NCBI RefSeq assembly: GCF_009914755.1
Contig: NC_060927.1
DNA from: the human T2T-CHM13v2.0 reference genome, Homo sapiens
Strand: one strand, 5' to 3'
DNA length: 64,000 bases
Shown here: in pieces, positions 57,067-64,000 of the stretch
Numbering within the stretch: position 1 is the stretch's first letter
How the letters are laid out: every line of letters begins with the position of its first letter
Program-made: the position numbers and the translations under genes
The notes under the pieces: generated by a model
What the model saw: the letters and a program-made list of their open reading frames with translations, nothing else
Told to the model about the DNA's origin: nothing
Database searches by the model: none

Positions 57067-60000
57067 TTTTTTTAATTTTAGATTCAGGGGGTACATGTGC
57101 GGGTTTATTACATGAGTATATTGTGTGATGTTGAGTCTTGGGCTTCTACTGATCCCATCACCCAAATAGTGACCACAGTACTCAATAGGTAGTTTTTCAG
57201 CCTTTGACCATCTTTCTTCCTTCCACTTTTTGGAGTCCGCAGTGTCTATTGCACCCATCTTTACATCTGTGTACCCAATGATTAGCTCCCACTTATAAGT
57301 GAGATTAGGTAGTGCTTGGTTGTCTATTTCTGTATTAATTCGCTTAGGAAAATGGCCTCCAGCTGCATTCGTGTTGCTGCAAAGAACATGCGCTCATTCT
57401 TTTTTATGGTTGTGTAGCATTCCATGGTGTAAGCATAACACATTTTCTTTAACCAATCCACCATTGATGAGCACCTAGGTTGATTTTACCTCTTTGCTAT
57501 TGTAAATAGTGTTGTGATAAACATACAAATGTAGGTATCTTTTTGGTAGAATGATTTATTGTCCTTTGAGTATACACCCAATAATGGAATTGCTGGCATG
57601 AATGGTGATTCTATTTTTGCTTATTTGAGAAATGTCCAAACTGCTTTTTACAGGGGCTGAACTAATTAACATTCCCACCAGGAGGGTGTAAGTATTCCTT
57701 TTCTTTGCATCCTTGTCAACGTCGATTATTTTTTGTCTTTTTAATAATAGCCATTGCAATTGATGTGAGATGATATCTCCTTGTGGTTTTGATGTGCATC
57801 TCCCTGATGATTAGTGACGTTGACCATTTTTTCAAATGTTTGTTGGCCATTTGTATGTCTTCTTTTGAGAGGTGTGTGTTCGTGTTCTTTGCCTACTTTT
57901 GAAAGAGGTTATTTTTTTTCTTGTCTGTTTAAGTTCCTTGTAAATTCTGAATATTTGTCCTTTGTCAGACGTGAAGGGGTGGCCTGCACCTCCACACCTG
58001 TGGGATATCTCGTCAGGTGAGACGAGAGACTGAGAAAAGAAAGAAGACACAGAGACAAAGTATAGAGAAACAACAGTGGGCCCAGGAGACCAGCACTCAG
58101 CATACCAAGGACCTGCACCAGCAACGGTCTCTGAGTTCCCTCAGTTTTTATTGATTATTATTTTCGTTATCTCAGCAAAAGGAATGCGGTAGGAGAGCAG
58201 GGTGATAATAAGGAGTAGGTCAGCAAAAAAACATGTGAGCAAAAGAATCTGTGTCATAATTAAGTTCAAGGGGAGGTACTAAGCCTGGATGTGCACATAG
58301 GCCAGATTTATGTTTCTCTCCGCCCAAACATCTCAGTGGAGTGAAGAATAACAAGGCAGCATTGCTGCCAACATGTCTCGTCTCCCACCATACGGTGGTT
58401 TTTCTCCTATCTCAGAATTGAACAAATATACAATCGGGTTTTATACCAAGACATTCAGTTCCCAGGGGCAGGCAGGAGACAGTGGCCTTCCTGTATCTCA
58501 ACTGCAAGAGGCTTTCCTCTTTTACTAATCCACCTCAGCACAGACCCTTTACGGGTGTCTGTAAAGTCAGGTCTCTCTCATCCCACGAGGCCATATTTCA
58601 GACTATCACATGGGGAGAAACCTTGGACAATACCCAGCTTTTCAGGGCAGAGGTCCCTGTGGCTTTTCACAGTGCATTGTGCCCCTGGTTTATTGAGACT
58701 AGAGAATGGCGATGACTTTTACCAAGCATACTGTTTGTAAACATTTTGTTAACAAGGCACGTCCTGCACAGCCCTAGATCCCTTAAACCTTGATTCCATA
58801 CAACACATGTTTTTGTGAGCTCAAAATTGGGGCAAAATGGCTGGGGCAAAGTGGCTGGGGCAAAGTTACAAATTAACAACATCTCAGCAAAGCAATTGTT
58901 TAAGGTACAGGTCGAAATGGAATCTCTTATGTCTTCCCTTTATACATAGACACAGTAACAGTCTGATCTCTCTTTCTTTTCCCTACAAGATGCATAATTT
59001 GCTAATATTTTCTCCCATTCTATAGGTTGTCTGTTTACTCTGCTGATAGTTTCTTTTGCTGATAGTTTCTTCTTCTTTTGCAGAAGCCCCTTAGTTTAAT
59101 TAGGTCTCACTTATCAATTTTTATTTTCATTGCATTTGCTTTTGAGGACTTAGTCATAAACTTTTTGCCTAGACCAATGTTGAGAAGAGGATTTCCTCAT
59201 TTTTCTTATAGGATACTTATAGTTTCAGATCTTATATTTAATTCTTTAATTCATTTTGAGTTAACTTTTGTATATCGTGATAGGTAGGGGTCCAATTTTA
59301 TTTTTCAGTATATGATTAATGATTTTTCTCAGTATCATTTATTGAATAAGGAGTCCTTTCCCCATTGCTTATTTTTGCTGACTTTGTTGAAGATCAGTTG
59401 GTTGTGGGTGTGCAGCTTTATTTCTGGGTTCTCTATTTTGTTCCACTAGTCTGTGTTTCTATTTTTGTACCAGTAACATGCTGTTTTGATTCCTACAGGC
59501 TTATAGTATAGTTTGAAGTTGGGTAATGTGATGCCTCCAGCTTTATTCTTTTTGCTCAGGACTGCTTTGGATATTTGGGCTCTTTTTTGGTTCCATATAA
59601 ATTTTAGAATAGTTTTTTCTAATTCTGTGAAAAAAATGATGCATATAATTTGATAGAAATTGCATCAAATCTATAGATTGCTTGGGGCAGTATTGCCATT
59701 TTAACAATGTTTATTCTTACAATCTATGAGCATGAAATGTCTTTTCCATTTGTTTACATTGTCTATGATTTTTTTCAGCAGTGTTTTATAGCTTTCCTTG
59801 TAAAGATCTTTCACCTCCTTGGTTAGATGTATTCCTAGGTATTTTAATTTTTTGTGGCTATTGTAAATGGGATTTCATTATTGATTTCTTTTTCAGATTA
59901 AACATTACTAATGTATAGAAATGCTAGTGACTTTTACACATCAGTTTTATATCTGAAACTTTACTGAAGTTCTTTATCAGGCCTAAAGGTCTTTTGGCAG

Positions 60001-60105
60001 AATCTTTAGGGTTTTCTATGTAATGAATCATATTGTCAATGAAGAAAGATAATTTGACTTATTTTTTTCCCCTTTGGATGCCTTTTATTTCTTTCTCTTG
60101 CCTGG
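57067..60105 (-). mobile_element. 5'-truncated L1PA15/16-like element in a MIR, interrupted by LTR5
   Basis: Antisense 3'UTR TTTAGATTCAGGGGGTACATGTG and ORF2. TSD CAGAAAAGAAA at 57056-57066 and 60106-60116. Confidence 0.88.
57972..58987 (-). mobile_element. HERV-K (HML-2) solo LTR, LTR5A/LTR5B type
   Basis: Minus strand reads TGTAGGGAAAAGAAAGAGAGATCAGACTGTTACTGTG...GCAGGCCACCCCTTCA, 1016 bp. TSD AGACG / AGATG. Confidence 0.92.
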
Positions 60106-60209
60106 CAGAAAAGAAAACTAAGATTAACAACTTGCTGAAGTTATCAGAGTTAGGAAGTAGGAGAATTATAATCTATAAACCCTAATTGATTAATTGTACA
60201 TTATATATC

Positions 60210-60686
60210 TGTTTCAGGTGGGGGCTTTTTCATTAGTAGGAGGCAAACTACCCCCAAAACTTAGTGTCTTAAAGCAGCAACCACTTATTTGCTCACAATT
60301 CAGTCAGTTACTTGGGCTGGACTCATCTGGACAGTTCTACTAGTCTTGCCTAGATTACCATGGTGATTGCAGCTATCTTGTGGTCCAACTGTGTCAGGAT
60401 TAGCTAAGATGGTTTCAACTAACATGCCTGAAGATAGGTGCTGGCTTGCTACTAGGCTATCCTCTGTGCATATTGTTTTACATAGCATCTGTATTCCAAG
60501 AGGGAGAGATAAGATGTTCCAAGACTCTTGAGGTTTATTCTGGTAACTCCCCTAATATGACTTCTCCCACATGTTATTGATCAAAACAAATCACAAGGCC
60601 AGCCTAGATTTTAAATCTGGGAAGTAGATTTAAACTCTAGAGAGGATGAGCTGCAAAGCATTTGTGGCCTTTTATCATTTATCACA
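60210..60686 (-). mobile_element. MLT1H-type MaLR LTR
   Basis: CCCCAAAACTTAGTGTCTTAAAGCAGCAACCA...TCACAAGGCCAGCCTAGATT...TTTATCACA. Confidence 0.75.
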
Positions 60687-62095
60687 ATTTCCGCACTTGC
60701 CAGAGAATGAAGTTAGATGCCAAGTAATTTTCCCAGTTACTGCATTGGGTTCCTGGGCCACTTCTGGACTAATGCCCTTCTGCACCCTTGCACACATTTG
60801 AAAAGCAGAGAGTAGGCTAAATTACAGATTCCAGTTGCCCATTCCCCTCCAGCTGGCTGGAAGCCTATTGATATGGCACAAACTACACAAGCACATGCAA
60901 TACTCCTAAATCTACTGATTTTGTCTGTTGGTTGGTTAATTTGGAAAATATTTATGTTTTATTTCAAAATAAATTACTTGTAAACGTTGTATAAGAAAAC
61001 ACTTGCCAGAGCCTGGCATAGCAGGCACTCTAAATGTTGCTATATATTTCTTTTTCTAAGCGTAGCTTCCCTTGAATGAAAATTCAGTCACTAAACCAGC
61101 AACAGATAGATGCTGTCTGCTCATGTGTGCACAGACACACTTATCCTGCTGTAATCATGCCTCAATTTATCAATCTACCTGGGAAAGCTGGAGCCATGCC
61201 TACTCTAATTTTATCATGGAATGAAAAACTCTACTGAGGGTAATTTATACACCAAATATGGTACATAACAAGCATCTGAATAGGTAAAAATATTACCATT
61301 TTAGAGCAGAATATTTTGGTTAAAACCAGTGTCTTGTTTGTGTCAATCACAGAATCTGGGCCTATAAAATGCCACAAAAAAATGATCACTATTAAAGCTA
61401 GTTCCTATTTTCCAAAAGAAGACACAACATAGGCTATGTATGTGTTCTCCCGCTGCTCTGTGCAGGGAGGCTGCACCAACAGTACCCAAGGTCCTAAAAT
61501 GAATTCCCCTTTTCTTTCCCCATACTCCAACTGTGAATTCCTACTAGCTAAGAGTAAGTCACAGGTGCGCACAGAAGTGGATCTCCTCTAGCTTCCAATC
61601 TACTGGGGAACTCTGAGGAGCCAGAGACCCAGGTCCAACAGGTCTCCAGCAACTCCATCTCAATGGGCCTTAAATATTATTTTTATATGCATTTCATGAA
61701 ATGTGAGAGCAGAAGGGAATCACTGATTTAGTGTTTTCTCACTGACATAGAAGTATAGTTTCCTGGTTCTATTTTAAGCAATATTACTATTTTAAGCAAT
61801 ACAATCTGCTCATGGACATATTAGGGGAAAAAAATCCTCAATGTACTGAAAAGTATAAATTGAGACATTGAAATTCATCTTTTCTTTCCAACAGTCCAGA
61901 CTTGTCTCTGAATAAGCACGTTTCTGTGTACATGTGTATATGTGTGTATATATATACATGTGTATACATATACATACACACATATAAGCATAAATATACT
62001 ATATCATCACATGTATATATCTATCTACATAAAATGAAAGTTTATACTAAACATACTCATTTTGATTATTTTTCATCTTAATATGTCTTCAATGC

Positions 62096-62441
62096 TGTCC
62101 TAATCAGTTTAGGCTGCTATAACAAAATACCATAGGCTGGGTGGCTCATAAAAAACAGAAATTTGTTTCTCACAATTCTGGAGGGTGAGAAGTCCAAGGT
62201 CAAAGGGCAAGCAGATTCTGTGTCTGGTAGGGCCAGCTTCCTAATGAAGAGCATCTTGTCATCTCATTTTAACCTCACATGGAGAAAGGGCAAGGTATTC
62301 CTCATGGGCTTCTTTTATAAGGGCACTAACCCCTTCATGACCTAATCATGCCCCCAAAGGCCCTACCTTCCAATACCATCAATGTGGAGTGAGGATTTCA
62401 ACATATGAATTTTTGAGAGACATAGCATTCAGATCACAGCA
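62096..62441 (-). mobile_element. MLT1A/MST-type MaLR LTR within old L1ME fragments
   Basis: TGTCCTAATCAGTTTAGGCTGCTATAACAAAATACCATAG...TTTCAACATATGAATTTT...CATTCAGATCACAGCA. Confidence 0.85.
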
Positions 62442-63864
62442 GATGTCTCTCCATATCGGCATATATAAATATTCTCCATTCCTTTTAGATACTATGAAGT
62501 AGTGTTTTGTTTATATAACCATAAAAATTAGTTTACATGACCATAAAAATCAGTGTCTTGTAAATAAACACTGTGATTGTTTAAAGTTGTGTGCCATTAC
62601 AATGCTACCAGGAGGCTAGGCAGTTTAGGGTAAAAGCTGGGTCCAGGCCCTGTATCCATCCAGATGCCCTCATTCTAATTCTGCCTGTGTTAGTGACTAG
62701 CAGGGGGGCTGGGGCAAGATAGGCCACCTCTGCTGCCTGATTTTTTCCATGTGCAAAATTGTGAAAGCAGTAGTGCCTAGCTAGCTGAATTAAAATTGGA
62801 TGTTTAGTGCTCAAAGCATAATCTGGAACATTGCACGTAGTCAGTAAAAGCTAACTGTTGGCTAGTTGTTATGTACCTATTTTAACATATTTGTAGGATA
62901 AAATGATTCTACTTTTGAAATTACTTTGTCAAGTTCTGAAGGATATTTCAAATTGCTCTTGAAAATTTTCATTGCTACTGTTTCTTCAATCCATTTCAAT
63001 TTATGTAACTAAATTTTTGCTGACTTTCATTAGTGAATTTAATTTTAATTAATTTATGTTAACGTGGATATCTGTTTTATTTTTAATATGCTTAAGTATG
63101 TCATATCTTTATTCCTGGTTTGTCTTTCTTGTTCTGTAAATTGCTTTTTCATGACTTGCGCTTCTTTTTCTATTGGGTGGTTTATTGCTATCTTATTAAT
63201 TTGAAAATTTTTTGTATGCAAAAAAATTACATTATCCAAATAAATCTCTTTGAAATACTCAGAAAAATTTGTATTTTGCCTGTATTTATTTACACTTTTT
63301 AAAATCATACATATTTGCTTTATTTTTTGTTTCTAGAGTTAGTAGTAGGTTACGATATTCCTGTCTTTTCTGTTGATACTGTTTATAAGTACTTCGTTGA
63401 CTTTAGGTTTTAAGCACTCTAGAGCTTATAAAATGATGTAAGTGGTGGGGTAGAGGATGCATGTGGGTGTGGCTACTTCCAGTAGAACATGCACAGAAGG
63501 CATCTCTGATGATGTGACATTTGAGCTATGAACTACAGATTGAGAATGAGCTGGCCATATGCAGAGAGAGAGGGGACAGGGAATGCAAAGACCTCAAAGG
63601 TCTTTTCTGTCTGAGCAACAGAAAAACCCCAGCATAGCTGAGCAATCTGTGTCTATGTGGAGAAATTGGCAGAGATCTGCTCTAAAGGAAGCCTCAATCA
63701 CCACAGTTCTTGTACCTGGACTATTAGAGTGGCCTCTATCACAAGTGACCCACTGTCATGAACCCAGGGACCTACTAGCACAGAGTGCAGTCTGTGGTAT
63801 GAAAAAAAATTTGACTTCAAAATCAGAGCCAAAGGAAGTACAAAGCAAGATTTGTTGATTCTTT

Positions 63865-64000
63865 ATGAGATCACATGGACACAGGAAGGGGAACATCACA
63901 CTCTGGGGACTGTTGTGGGGTGGGGGGAGGGGGGAGGGATAGCATTGGGAGATATACCTAATGCTAGATGACGAGTTAGTGGGTGTAGCGCACCAGCATG
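63865..64000 (+). mobile_element. Short L1PA2 3'UTR-only insertion (runs off the window)
   Basis: ATGAGATCACATGGACACAGG...GCTAGATGACGAGTTAGTGGG. Confidence 0.92.

Overview
Primate (most likely human or great-ape) genomic DNA, AT-rich and dominated by transposable elements. I recognise no host protein-coding gene, RNA gene or CRISPR array. All long ORFs derive from LINE-1 or an endogenous retrovirus, and all are disrupted. The window opens inside a near full-length L1PA4-like element (1-5810). It also carries three young L1PA2-type insertions (one with a twin-priming inversion), Alus, MIR/L2/L3 fragments, hAT DNA transposons, MaLR/ERVL LTRs and a solo HERV-K(HML-2) LTR5. The main structure is a ~15.8 kb nested stack at 38192-53977. 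An MLT1A LTR is split by an old L1MA-type element, which itself holds an L1PA7/8 insertion, an inverted copy of its own 5'UTR, a ~100-bp fold-back palindrome and a MER50/HUERS-P-like provirus. That provirus is in turn interrupted by an MLT2A2 LTR. The most unusual signals are a 125-bp perfectly identical tract inside an otherwise diverged inverted repeat (suggesting gene conversion or recurrent inversion), two de novo hairpins in old L1s, and a few weak candidate exons. I found no convincing new biological system. Repeat subfamily names come from recall of consensus sequences and need RepeatMasker/Dfam confirmation. Boundaries of ancient repeats are approximate.
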